Below are positions 54,496-63,979 of a stretch of DNA of 64,000 nt, in pieces. The position numbers were made by a program, and so were the translations under genes. The notes under the pieces are model-generated. The model saw only the letters and a list, made by a program, of their open reading frames with translations. It had not been told where the DNA came from and did no database searches. Numbering within the stretch: position 1 is the stretch's first letter; each line of letters begins with the position of its first letter. Source of the stretch: a virus; IMG/VR virus record IMGVR_UViG_3300044699_000100, positions 779 to 64,778 of that record. One strand, written 5' to 3'.

Positions 54496-55911
54496 CTAGT
54501 CCCTCGCCTGCTTGGGTATCATCACCACGTCTCCCCACGGATACTCCTTCTTGTCGATGCTCGCCCAGATCATGGGGCACTCGGGCTTATAGCTAGGAAA
54601 GTCCCCATGCCCGTCCGTGAGATACACAATACAATCCGGCCTTAAGTCGTTATCAGCCACATAGTCGAACACCGGCTTAAAGCTTGTGCCTCCCCCACCC
54701 GGAGCGCCCTTGGCACGTATGACATAGAGATCGCTCGGGCTATCGCAGATGTCCGTGCGATGCAGCGCAGCGTCACACCAGCAGAGATGTAGTTCTCTCG
54801 GCTTCACGTCCTCCAGTATCCCACCTACTTCTGCGAGGAACATGTCCACTTCTTTTGAGGAGATCGATCCTGACGTGTCTACGCCCACGACAACCGTGCC
54901 AGCACCGTAGCCCGATCTTGCGGGAGTGTAGATGTCCCTGACGATCAGCCTGCGATCCGGCTTCTTCCAGTCATACGATCCGGTGCCGAGCTTCCGGGCA
55001 AAGAGCGCCCTGATTTTGTCCTTCCAGTCAACGGCAGGGACAAGGACTTCTTGGAACACACGCTCCAACCCCGCAGGCATCTTACCTTGTAACCTTTGAA
55101 GGTTAGCTGCTGCAGCGATATGCATGTCCCATTCGGCTTGGTTACGCTCCTTTGCTGCCGTCTGTGGCTCCTTACCCTTGGAAGCACCCGGTTTCATATG
55201 CTCGTCGAAGCTCTTGCCCCTTGGACCCCTTGGCTGGGTAGGCGGCTCGTTAGAAGGCACATTGCCGGGGCTGGGAGGCCCCTTGGGAGGGTTAGTTCCC
55301 GGAGGAGGTGGTTGGCTACCCGGCCCTGAAGGCCCCTGTCCTTGCCCGGCTCCTTGCCCGTCCTTGGGGGGACGCTTAGGCGGTGGCGGCGGTGGAAACA
55401 TCTTATACAGCTTACGATACGTGTCCACGCCAGTATCAGCATCGGTGGCGATGCTTATGTCATACAGCCAGTCCTTGTTGAACTTACCCACTTGCGCTTT
55501 GACTAGAATTGCGTTGATCACCAAGTCCAGCGCAATGTTCATAAGCTCAGGGTTCCACGGCAGTGACTTGCCGTCGGGATAAGTTATCTTCCCGGCTCGC
55601 TCATACTTATGTCCTGCAACTATGTGGTTGAGGATATTATGTAATATCTCGTGAGCGAGAATGAATACGCGTTCCAGCAGTTCATACTTGAAGAACACGT
55701 CGGGATTGATAAGTATGCTGCACCCGTCCGTAGCTGCAGCGTTGGGAAACTCTTTCGTAAACACTGCACCGTGCTTGCCGTTACTCAGCAGTGTAATAAA
55801 AATATGCGTGAACGCTGGGCAGTGCCATGAGAGTGCAACGCGCGTGTCGCCCCAAAGACGCTCCTGCTCCTTGGTCAGCTCGACTTGCTTGATGTCCGTT
55901 GAGATGTGCAT
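54496..55911 (-). CDS. VWA-like / DUF2201 putative metallopeptidase
   Basis: AATDG...FILAHEILHNILNH (HEXXH), NIALDLVINA, Pro-rich linker, MIDAS-like VGVDTSGSI and GGGGTSFKPVF. Confidence 0.9.
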   Translation of the reverse strand: MHISTDIKQVELTKEQERLWGDTRVALSWHCPAFTHIFITLLSNGKHGAVFTKEFPNAAATDGCSILINPDVFFKYELLERVFILAHEILHNILNHIVAGHKYERAGKITYPDGKSLPWNPELMNIALDLVINAILVKAQVGKFNKDWLYDISIATDADTGVDTYRKLYKMFPPPPPPKRPPKDGQGAGQGQGPSGPGSQPPPPGTNPPKGPPSPGNVPSNEPPTQPRGPRGKSFDEHMKPGASKGKEPQTAAKERNQAEWDMHIAAAANLQRLQGKMPAGLERVFQEVLVPAVDWKDKIRALFARKLGTGSYDWKKPDRRLIVRDIYTPARSGYGAGTVVVGVDTSGSISSKEVDMFLAEVGGILEDVKPRELHLCWCDAALHRTDICDSPSDLYVIRAKGAPGGGGTSFKPVFDYVADNDLRPDCIVYLTDGHGDFPSYKPECPMIWASIDKKEYPWGDVVMIPKQARD

Positions 55912-55988
55912 GGGTGGGTTACCTTTCTAGGTTGTTACCTCTGAAGGTTATTTAACTTCAGAGCACAGCTTAGCTGTGCTCTGTGTGG

Positions 55989-56231
55989 TTAGATTTCGTT
56001 GTAGATGTCCTCATCGGGGTTAGCGTGCCTGTGGTCGTATAATTGGGCGCGTGCACACAGGCCGAGTAACGCAACGCTGAACTCAAAGCCCCAGTGGTCC
56101 CTGTCACTTGGTATCCAGTTAAGCTCCAAATCAAAGAGCGCACCTTTACGCCAGTAAAGCTGGACTTCTACGGACTTGTTCTTCGCAACCGTCCAGTCAC
56201 GGTCGAAGATGTCATGAGATGTTATAAGCAT
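55989..56231 (-). CDS. Hypothetical protein
   Basis: Start follows the 56238 palindrome. Confidence 0.5.
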   Translation of the reverse strand: MLITSHDIFDRDWTVAKNKSVEVQLYWRKGALFDLELNWIPSDRDHWGFEFSVALLGLCARAQLYDHRHANPDEDIYNEI

Positions 56232-56245
56232 TGTAGGTTACCTTT

Positions 56246-56659
56246 CTAGGTTATGGGTTGTTCGATGCCGTGTTCCTGCAGCAGATGATGGATCAACGCC
56301 AGCGCATGCAGCAGACCGTCGCAGTTTACTCTTACTGTTCCTAATTTGTGTAACATTCTTCCTGATTTATGTGGCCATAAGTCAGTAAGCTGCGACCCCT
56401 CACCTGCTCTAGGATGGCGTAGTCTAGAAGGTTCTAAACTACGCCATATAAAGAAGGTATAGTCTGGCGAAATACCGATCTCCAGCTTGCCATCCCAACA
56501 AGCACGATAAGCACCACTCGCCATCGTATGCTCGTTAGGGAAGCCGAACTTAAGCTCGGCATGTTTATTTTGCACGTATTCACTCCATCCTTTTATCCAT
56601 GTCTCCATATCTTCTGGAGACCAAGGCCCAAAAAATTCATTAGAGGTACTCGTCATCAT
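56246..56659 (-). CDS. Hypothetical protein
   Basis: Packed between neighbours and ends in a palindrome. Confidence 0.5.
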   Translation of the reverse strand: MMTSTSNEFFGPWSPEDMETWIKGWSEYVQNKHAELKFGFPNEHTMASGAYRACWDGKLEIGISPDYTFFIWRSLEPSRLRHPRAGEGSQLTDLWPHKSGRMLHKLGTVRVNCDGLLHALALIHHLLQEHGIEQPIT

Positions 56660-56990
56660 GTCCGCATGTAGGGCAAGGTCCATCCGTGTGAATTTCCGCA
56701 AGATCAACCTCCCTGTCACCGTTGATGTTGTCAGATATAGTCATGCTAAGCTTCGGACGTGAACGGTCCTGAAGTAGCATTGCAGTCGATAGCAGTCCCT
56801 TGGACATGCGCGCTGCAGCAACCTTCAGAAGCTCCTCCTTGTCTGCTCTCAGAGCATCGTCAAAGTTGACTTGCAGTTCGATGAAGTATCTTGTCGCGGC
56901 CATGCTTTCTTCCTTCCATAGTTGGAGTTGACGATAGAGGTCCCGTGGTAGGTTAGGCGGCACAGGTATATGTGTAGCTTTACTACCCAT
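56640..56990 (-). CDS. Hypothetical protein with C-terminal CPTC
   Basis: ATG directly after the GGAGGT-bearing palindrome at 56992. Confidence 0.5.
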   Translation of the reverse strand: MGSKATHIPVPPNLPRDLYRQLQLWKEESMAATRYFIELQVNFDDALRADKEELLKVAAARMSKGLLSTAMLLQDRSRPKLSMTISDNINGDREVDLAEIHTDGPCPTCGHDDEYL

Positions 56991-56991
56991 A

Positions 56992-57558
56992 TTACCTCCG
57001 AAGGTTACCTGCCGGAAGCAACCCCAAGCATATCCTGAACACAGGGTCGTTCTCACATTTGTGCAGCCAGTCGTCCTTAAGCTCGATGCCCTCGGGACCG
57101 ACGAAGTAGAACTCCCACTTACGTTCATGCGCGATGTGCTTGATAATGGGATCGGCAGTGTTATCGCTTACCATGAGCAAGCCAGCGACAACGTTCTTGA
57201 GCTTGGGAGCTTTCGGCACATTCAGTATCCAATATTGGCACCAGCCTAACTTGCTACCGTCTCCTAGATAACCTTCATTTTGGACCAGATGAATGAAAGG
57301 CCGGTCCAGCGAAGTGTTAATGCTTTTAAGATACTTGAGCTTGCTCTCTCCAAGCCGGTTGACCCAATTCTCATCTTCGTAACGCTTGACAACGGCAATG
57401 CCAGTGTCGAGAAACTTTCTGGTCTCGTTGGTAAGTGTTACAAGAAAGTTCTCGGCATCGCTACGATAGTTGCGCGCACGTTCCTCATATTGATGGATGG
57501 CGCTCCAAACTTTACTGCGTGCTTTTTCCAAGGCTTTTATCCCGTTTATGTCTGTCAT
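56992..57558 (-). CDS. Hypothetical protein
   Basis: Intact 188 aa. Its stop is the end of a palindrome. Confidence 0.6.
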   Translation of the reverse strand: MTDINGIKALEKARSKVWSAIHQYEERARNYRSDAENFLVTLTNETRKFLDTGIAVVKRYEDENWVNRLGESKLKYLKSINTSLDRPFIHLVQNEGYLGDGSKLGWCQYWILNVPKAPKLKNVVAGLLMVSDNTADPIIKHIAHERKWEFYFVGPEGIELKDDWLHKCENDPVFRICLGLLPAGNLRR

Positions 57559-57641
57559 GGTGGGTGGCTCTCTTGCTTTCTGGTTGGCTGGTTAGGGGTT
57601 ACCCCCCGGATCAAGTCCGAGGGGGTTATTACCTTCGAAGG

Positions 57642-58757
57642 TTAGTTCCGGTTGATCTCGTTCATGAGGTGAGCGTTCGTCATCGCCCACTTATGGAACG
57701 CGGGAGCCATAGCCAGCTTATAGTCACGCTTGACTGCAGCCCTAGCGAACGTCGCCGCAAACTCCTTCGGCAGACGGTTGATGTATTTGATCACGGCTTC
57801 CGCGTCCTTGGCGTTCACCTCATGTGCGAGATTATAGCACACGAGCATCACGGCATCCGGTTTGTCGGACACTTTCACTCCCATCGGGTCCTTGATGATG
57901 TCCGCATAGTCCGGTATCTCATTCTCCAGACGAATGAAATTCATCATCTGCCCACAGGCTTCCGGCCCGATACGCCCGGAAATCTCAGTAAGCGCCGCAT
58001 TGTCGTCAACCGGCATACCCATCTGTATGAGAAGCTGGATATACTTGTCAGCTTTCACCAGCGAGCGTGGCGTGCAATACGGCCCTTGCTTCTTGGGCAG
58101 TTCGTCAGGCCAGACAATCTGCGGGTTCTTGCTCGCGAAGATGATGGTCGTGCCTCTGACATGGTTGTCTTCAGCCCAGTCAACCCAGCTACGCAAGTCC
58201 CCAGTGATCTCGATCTGGCAACGGCGGTTGATCAGATGATCAAGCTCCTTCGTTGATCCCGAACGATGCTCTGCAGTGTTGCCCGCCATCCACACCACCC
58301 AATTCGGCGGCAAGCGATGCGGCCCAAAGCGCCCTGAGTGCGCACCTTCTCCCAGAACTTTCTTGATATCGACATCGGCCTTGTCGGCCTCATCGATAAA
58401 GATAATACCACCGTCCGGGTATTCATCCAGAAACTTCCCGCCCTCGTCAATGGACGTGGCATCGGTCTTCCAGAAGAAGGGGTTAGTGAACACCATGATG
58501 GAACGCTCGGCAGTTGTGCCATCCGGGGCGGATGAATGCGTGTGCTTCGGTATGCCAAAGCCCACGGTATCGCCCGGCGTGAGATTGCCACCGTTGATCA
58601 CGACCAGCCCGATATGCTTGCCGAGTTTCTTCTTGATAACTTCGGGAGCTTGCTCGACTGTCGTCGTCTTGCCGAGACCGGGAGGTGACGTGAAATAGTA
58701 ACAGTCCCCACTCAAGAAATAAATGGGGAGGCGTGCAAGGATATCTCGTAGGATCAT
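57642..58757 (-). CDS. MoxR-like AAA+ ATPase
   Basis: Walker A SPPGLGKTT, Walker B IIFIDEAD, VWMAGN and arginine finger LINRRC, TPRS. Confidence 0.9.
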   Translation of the reverse strand: MILRDILARLPIYFLSGDCYYFTSPPGLGKTTTVEQAPEVIKKKLGKHIGLVVINGGNLTPGDTVGFGIPKHTHSSAPDGTTAERSIMVFTNPFFWKTDATSIDEGGKFLDEYPDGGIIFIDEADKADVDIKKVLGEGAHSGRFGPHRLPPNWVVWMAGNTAEHRSGSTKELDHLINRRCQIEITGDLRSWVDWAEDNHVRGTTIIFASKNPQIVWPDELPKKQGPYCTPRSLVKADKYIQLLIQMGMPVDDNAALTEISGRIGPEACGQMMNFIRLENEIPDYADIIKDPMGVKVSDKPDAVMLVCYNLAHEVNAKDAEAVIKYINRLPKEFAATFARAAVKRDYKLAMAPAFHKWAMTNAHLMNEINRN

Positions 58758-58931
58758 GTGTAGCTCTCTCTTGTGTTACGTGAAGACGTTACCTTCACGG
58801 GTAATGGGTGGGACGGCTTAGTTCGAGCAAAAGCCGTTGTGGGTCAAGCGGTTAGTGTTCTTATTGTTAACGGGTATTGTAACATAGTGGTAACCGTTTG
58901 TCAAGCCACTATATGTAGTAGGTCGTGTTCG

Positions 58932-59156
58932 TTATTCTGCAGGAGGTGCAAAGAACACGGAGAACTCGTATTTTTCGTCAGTCATACTACTAAGCGCAAA
59001 CGACGCGCCGTCAGTAAACTCAAAGACCAGCGTGCCTTTAGCTTCGTATTTACTGAACGATGTCACGTCCGTTATCGTGATGTTGGCGATGGTTTTATTC
59101 CGCAAAAAGCCAGTAAGCTCCTGACTGCAGCGCTCGTCCTTTGATTTGTAGATCAT
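58932..59156 (-). CDS. Hypothetical protein
   Basis: ATG 4 nt after the GGAGGGT-bearing palindrome at 59161. Confidence 0.5.
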   Translation of the reverse strand: MIYKSKDERCSQELTGFLRNKTIANITITDVTSFSKYEAKGTLVFEFTDGASFALSSMTDEKYEFSVFFAPPAE

Positions 59157-59160
59157 GATG

Positions 59161-59481
59161 TTACCCTCCAAGGTAATCTGTGATTTCGGCAGCCAACTTG
59201 TAGCTGTCGTCTCGCGTGCCACGATCATTAAAACTAAACCGTGGCTTGCTACCGAGTGCGACCACTACACGCCTGAGAAGCTGCTCAGCCTCCATTACAC
59301 GTCGAAACATAAAGGTATAGTAGGTTCTTTCATGCTGCGTGAGAAACACCATCTGATCGACAAGCTCAGATATGTCATTACGCAGCTTATTCTCAAGTCC
59401 TACATGCGTAGTAGGCGTGCCGTGTTGGTCTTTGATTTTCTGTAACTCTTTCATGTGATGGCTGATGAACGACTTGATCAT
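59161..59481 (-). CDS. Hypothetical protein
   Basis: Bounded by palindromes at both ends. Confidence 0.55.
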   Translation of the reverse strand: MIKSFISHHMKELQKIKDQHGTPTTHVGLENKLRNDISELVDQMVFLTQHERTYYTFMFRRVMEAEQLLRRVVVALGSKPRFSFNDRGTRDDSYKLAAEITDYLGG

Positions 59482-59735
59482 GATGTCATACCTTTAGAGG
59501 TAATGAGACTGTCAATCAGCTTCCAGCTTTTCGGCATGGGGTAGCTGGTTGTGTCGATTACTGGCGCGATGCTCATGCGCGTGCGTCGCACTTCGTCGTC
59601 AATCAGCGCAAGAAATTCACGCACGACGTGATCGGTGTTCTTGGTTGACGTGTCCTTGGCGTAGTCCTGCAGCAGAGCACGAATGTCCTTGCGCAAGCGT
59701 CTTTCTGCTGGTGACTTGGTGGTTGGTTTGGTCAT
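59478..59735 (-). CDS. Hypothetical protein
   Basis: AGAGGT SD, packed ORF. Confidence 0.5.
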   Translation of the reverse strand: MTKPTTKSPAERRLRKDIRALLQDYAKDTSTKNTDHVVREFLALIDDEVRRTRMSIAPVIDTTSYPMPKSWKLIDSLITSKGMTS

Positions 59736-59974
59736 CTTTCTACCTCTACTAGCTTATCGTTATACTCGGCAAGCACAGGCTCTTTCGTTGCCCGCAGCAT
59801 GGACTTGAGCGTTTTACGTAGCTCTTTGGGAGTTTCGGCAAAGACCGGCTCTGGCGTCTTTGTCCACGTATATGGTATGCTATCGGTAGGCTTAGTATAA
59901 AAGCACTCGTGTATGGCGTAGCTCGCGCCCCATACAGGATGCATGGTGCGCAATACTCTGTGGTTCCAGTGCAT
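59732..59974 (-). CDS. Small conserved phage protein (WNHRV...YAIHECFY type)
   Basis: Motif is common in phage early genes. ATG lies 4 nt after the 59979 palindrome. Confidence 0.6.
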   Translation of the reverse strand: MHWNHRVLRTMHPVWGASYAIHECFYTKPTDSIPYTWTKTPEPVFAETPKELRKTLKSMLRATKEPVLAEYNDKLVEVER

Positions 59975-60404
59975 GATGTTACCTTCGAAGGTTACTTAGC
60001 TTCATAGCACAGCTAGTTGTGCTATGAGCGGTTAGAGCTTGCATGCTTCCATGAACTTAGTGCGGTTAAAATTAGCACTATTTCTGGCACACAGATCAGC
60101 CATGTCATGGCATATGACTATGTATGCGTTATGTGTAAGAAACTTACGTGTCCTACACATAAGCTTTGCCAGTTCTACGAAGTGTTTCTTGGTCATGTGG
60201 GTGGTTACCTTTGAAGGTTAGAGTTAGTGCCAGCGTTCGTAGGCAGCGATCAGGAGCACTATAATTATCGCAAATACCAAGGGTCCTCCAAAATCATTGG
60301 CGTGGGACTCGTATCTTTGGTTTTGCTCCACAGCAAGCTGCCACTCGCTAAAATAATCATCGTCCATGGGTAAGTCCTCTTTCTGGTTTGGTTACTTTCG
60401 AAGG

Positions 60405-60773
60405 TTAGAGTGGGATGGCGTCGGCAGGGGTTGCTGGCACGCTAGCGTTAGGCATTACGAGACCGGCACCAACGATCAACTTGTCCATCCACTCCCACTG
60501 CTTAGGGGACAAGCGCACCGTGTCGTATTGATTGGCACGAGCGAACGTTTGCGCTAAGAACGTTTGCGCCGCTGGCGTAAGCTTGCGCGTCCTAAGCACC
60601 GCCTCAATCAGCGGCTTAAGCGTGTCGCTGTCAAACTCTGCAGCGTTGAAGGTTTTGGTTGTGGTTGCTGCAGGAGCCACGGGCGCAAGGTGAGTGCGCA
60701 ATTCGTCCCAGCTTGTATTCGTCTGCTGGAGCAGCGAATTGATAGCGTTGAGTAGTTCGGCAGTGACTGGCAT
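60405..60773 (-). CDS. Hypothetical protein
   Basis: Bounded by palindrome variants. C-terminal RLSPKQWEWMDKL. Confidence 0.55.
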   Translation of the reverse strand: MPVTAELLNAINSLLQQTNTSWDELRTHLAPVAPAATTTKTFNAAEFDSDTLKPLIEAVLRTRKLTPAAQTFLAQTFARANQYDTVRLSPKQWEWMDKLIVGAGLVMPNASVPATPADAIPL

Positions 60774-61386
60774 TGTGTTACCTCGAAGGTAATGTGGTGG
60801 ATATGACGTTTCTGACAGACATTACCTCGCAGGTAACGTTCTGTGGTCGAGCTGAGCAAAAAAGTTTGATGCATAGTGCGGAGCGCTTTACGCAGGAAGC
60901 GTGAATTTTAACGCAAATGAGGGCTGCAGCAGAGTTGTCCCCTACTGCAGCCCCCACTCTCGCTCACTTTACGCTTACGCTACGCTACGCTACGCTAGTG
61001 TGAAGGACGGCAGCAAGCTGCCGTCAATCACTTCGTTGAGTGACCTTTCAACTGCCCCTGCCAAGGCTCAGGCTCTGATCTGATGGCAGGTTTGCGACGG
61101 CTAGTAATCACTCGTGAGTTCGTGGCGCGGTATTAATTACCGCGCAAACACTGGCACTGGATAAACACAGTAACTAAACCATGCTGCACTTGGGCGCGTC
61201 CATACAGTTGGTTCATAAAGAGAACTAGACCAAGTTTTTGTCCAGTAATTATAGTTGTAAATGAAGCCATCTTTCAACATATCGTCCTCCGCAGTTGGGA
61301 TTACCTTTGAAGGTTACATGTCTACGGCATGGCTACCGGTTATCGGTAGGGCATTGGTTGGGTAGAATGTAACCTTCAAAGGTAAT

Positions 61387-61419
61387 AGGGGTGCAGTCCT
61401 TGAACTGCACCCCTGTTTT
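61387..61419. terminator. GC-rich hairpin with a T-run
   Basis: AGGGGTGCAGT-cctt-gAACTGCACCCCT-GTTTTT, just past the stop of the 61435 gene. Confidence 0.6.
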
Positions 61420-61434
61420 TAGTGGGTAGGTGGA

Positions 61435-62198
61435 TTAGATAAGACCGGCTTCCCGCAGCTTCGCCTCCTGAGCGCGATAGGCGTCAAGCTCGGCAGCCAG
61501 CGTCATCTTGGCAGACCATTGCTGCAGTTGCTCCACTGCGTTGGTGATCTCCACGTCCTGACAAGACAGGCCGTCCTTACGCTCGCCACTTATCAGGTCC
61601 GTGAGAAGCTCGGTGATGTGATCAACCACGTTCTGGACAGTCTTCTCCGGCTTGTCCTTCGGCTTCATTGCCTCGATGATCTCGGCATCCGTGGGAGAAG
61701 TAACGTCCGGCGTGTTCGGATCAGCCTTCCAATCAACCGCCATGCGCGCGGCATTGACGTATGCAGCATAGACGCTCTGCATCTTGGTCTCGGCAGCGAT
61801 CTGCTCATGATAGAGCGCAACTACCCTATCCATGAACTCTCCGGGTCGAAGTCCTTGATCTGACCAAGGTCATATCCACGCTTGAGCTTCGACACTTGCG
61901 CGGCACGCCCCTCCTTGCCCTGCGAGTGCACGCCCTTCTTGACGCGCTGGTCCCAATACGCGCCGTAAATGGCGTGCATCGCCTTCTTGTCGGCTTCCAG
62001 GTCGATTGCGCCGTCCTTCGATGCGCGCACGACTTCGAGCAACAGCTTCGGCAGAGCATCGGCACCGATGGCAGTGTCGCGACCAAGCGCACGCGCCGTC
62101 TTCACAATCTTGTCGAAGCGCGTATCGTTGACGTTGTTACCTGCTTCATTACCTTCAGGGGTAACGTCGTTGGTGTCGGCAGTGTTAAGGTCAGTCAT
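61435..62198 (-). CDS. Helical hypothetical protein (one shift)
   Basis: ORFs 61821..62204 and 61435..61833 join at DFDP/MDRVV. Confidence 0.6.
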
Positions 62199-62326
62199 TC
62201 TCATTCTCCCGTTTTGGGCTAAGGCCCGGTTTGCGCGTGAGTGCGCTGGTCACTCTGCATCATATGCAGAACTAATCACAGCCACAAGCGGCTGTGAATT
62301 TGTTTGGTTACCTTTGGAGGTAACGT

Positions 62327-62621
62327 TTAGTCGGCAACCTCCCATTTCATGTCATCGCGGTAGTCTATGCTCTCCCAACCATCGTATTCGTGAATACGGT
62401 AGTGAGCGCCCGATCTTAACGTGATCACGCTCAGGTCGCCCTTGTCGGGCATTGCCTCGACAATCCGCACGAGCAACGGGTCAGTGCGGTCGATATCGTA
62501 GTGGGTATACGGTATCGTTGTCGTTCTCGATTGGGAGCCCACGCGCGGCAGCGAGCACGTTGTAACAGTCGCGCGGCAGACTGAAGCCGCCGTAGTTGGT
62601 GTTGAGAACGATCTTTGTCAT
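62327..62621 (-). CDS. Small conserved phage protein (frameshifted)
   Basis: MTKIVLNTNYGGFSL...DIDRTDPLLVRIVE...YRIHEYDGWESI, a widespread phage family pattern. Confidence 0.7.
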
Positions 62622-62648
62622 GCATTACCTTCTGAGGTTAGCGTTAAG

Positions 62649-62945
62649 TTATTTGCCCCAGCGCAGCTTACTGCGCTTGTCTTGAAATTCACGTTCTACC
62701 TCTTCCTGATACGCGAGCGCGTCGTAGTCTGGCATGGGCTCAGGTATCGTAGAGTTACCTTTCAAGGTAACTAATTCCTGCTCGGCAGCGAGCAACTGTG
62801 CAAACCTAGCGTGGCGTAGTTCGATGGTAACGCTGAGTTTGCCACAATTAGAACACTTTTTACGCCGCAGCGTCGTGGTCTCGGCGTGTCGTGTTCCAGT
62901 GACCTTAAGCTGTTGTCCGCACTCGTGACAGTGGTTAGCCTTCAT
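62649..62945 (-). CDS. Zn-ribbon protein (NrdR N-terminal-like)
   Basis: CHECG...LKVTGTR...RRKKCSNCG...TIE. Confidence 0.65.
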   Translation of the reverse strand: MKANHCHECGQQLKVTGTRHAETTTLRRKKCSNCGKLSVTIELRHARFAQLLAAEQELVTLKGNSTIPEPMPDYDALAYQEEVEREFQDKRSKLRWGK

Positions 62946-63002
62946 AATTACAACTCCCGCTTGAGTAACCTTAAAGTAACATAGGGAGTTAGCGCGGTCA
63001 AC

Positions 63003-63208
63003 GGCCACATATGGCCTTTTAATGATTTAGGGATTAATTCCTAGCAATTATAACCCCTTGATATCATTGAGGAAAATGGAATTCTATAATCTCTAGTTTA
63101 TTTTCATACTTCTCAACAAAAAAGTAGGCCACATATGGCCTATCGAGTGTTGCAACTTTACAAGGGCAGTTGCATAGTTGTAACAGGGGACTAAGGCCAC
63201 ATATGGCC
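63003..63208. promoter_or_regulatory. Three copies of GGCCACATATGGCC in an AT-rich intergenic region
   Basis: Exact 14-mers at 63003, 63127 and 63195. Confidence 0.7.
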
Positions 63209-63465
63209 GTGTTTTATATTTTTCGTATTAATTATAGATTATAGAATATAGATATATCTAAAAAAGAAAGGGGCATTTTAAGACCTTCAACGCCCTTTTC
63301 TGCTGCAGTATCAAAGGCTTGCGAGCGTCGGCTCACCGTCTTGCTGGAACAAACACTCGCAAGCCCTTGTGTTATATGACGATTACCCCCAATTCCCCTG
63401 CAGGATCAACCACTTAGGTCGCTTCACCTAACCTAAGTGGTTGAAGAAACGCTCGCAAGTGCGCG

Positions 63466-63786
63466 TTAGATGCGCGGCGGCTTGCCAATCCAAAGCCGAC
63501 GCTCGCACGTCCCGGCACCCTTGGCTTTCCGCGCGCCGCGAGCATATTGCGCCGACGATACCTCGCGCTCGGACGTTATGACCTCCCTGCCGTAAATCAG
63601 CTTCTTGGTGACCGTGCGGGACTTGGTAAGCCGCGTGACCTTCACGCCAGCGCACAACACCGCAAGCTCGGACGACGTGATCTTGGGCGCGGAGATATAG
63701 ACCGGCTTGAGATATTCGGCGTTTCCAAGCTCACGACGCTGAGTTGTGGCTCGCGCAACCTTAGCGAGTAGGGCTCTGTTAGCCAT
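63466..63786 (-). CDS. Basic hypothetical early protein
   Basis: GAAAGG SD. A palindrome lies 21 nt upstream. Confidence 0.5.
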   Translation of the reverse strand: MANRALLAKVARATTQRRELGNAEYLKPVYISAPKITSSELAVLCAGVKVTRLTKSRTVTKKLIYGREVITSEREVSSAQYARGARKAKGAGTCERRLWIGKPPRI

Positions 63787-63979
63787 CTAAGTAACCTTTC
63801 TGTTACATTACCTTTGGAGGTAACAGGCCAGCTAGCTGGCCTGTTGATAACTATTCGCGTTCTGCGCAGTGTGGATACACTACGTAATAGGCGATTAGAT
63901 ACTTCCACTCCGAGCCGTGGCCATACACGATAGGCTCGCTCAGCATTGCGTAGAAGGTCATGTTGCTTTCTCCTGTTAC

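Noticed and set aside
60970-60996. (TACGC)n microsatellite
   Set aside because: Only about 5 units in non-coding DNA, with no evidence for phase variation.
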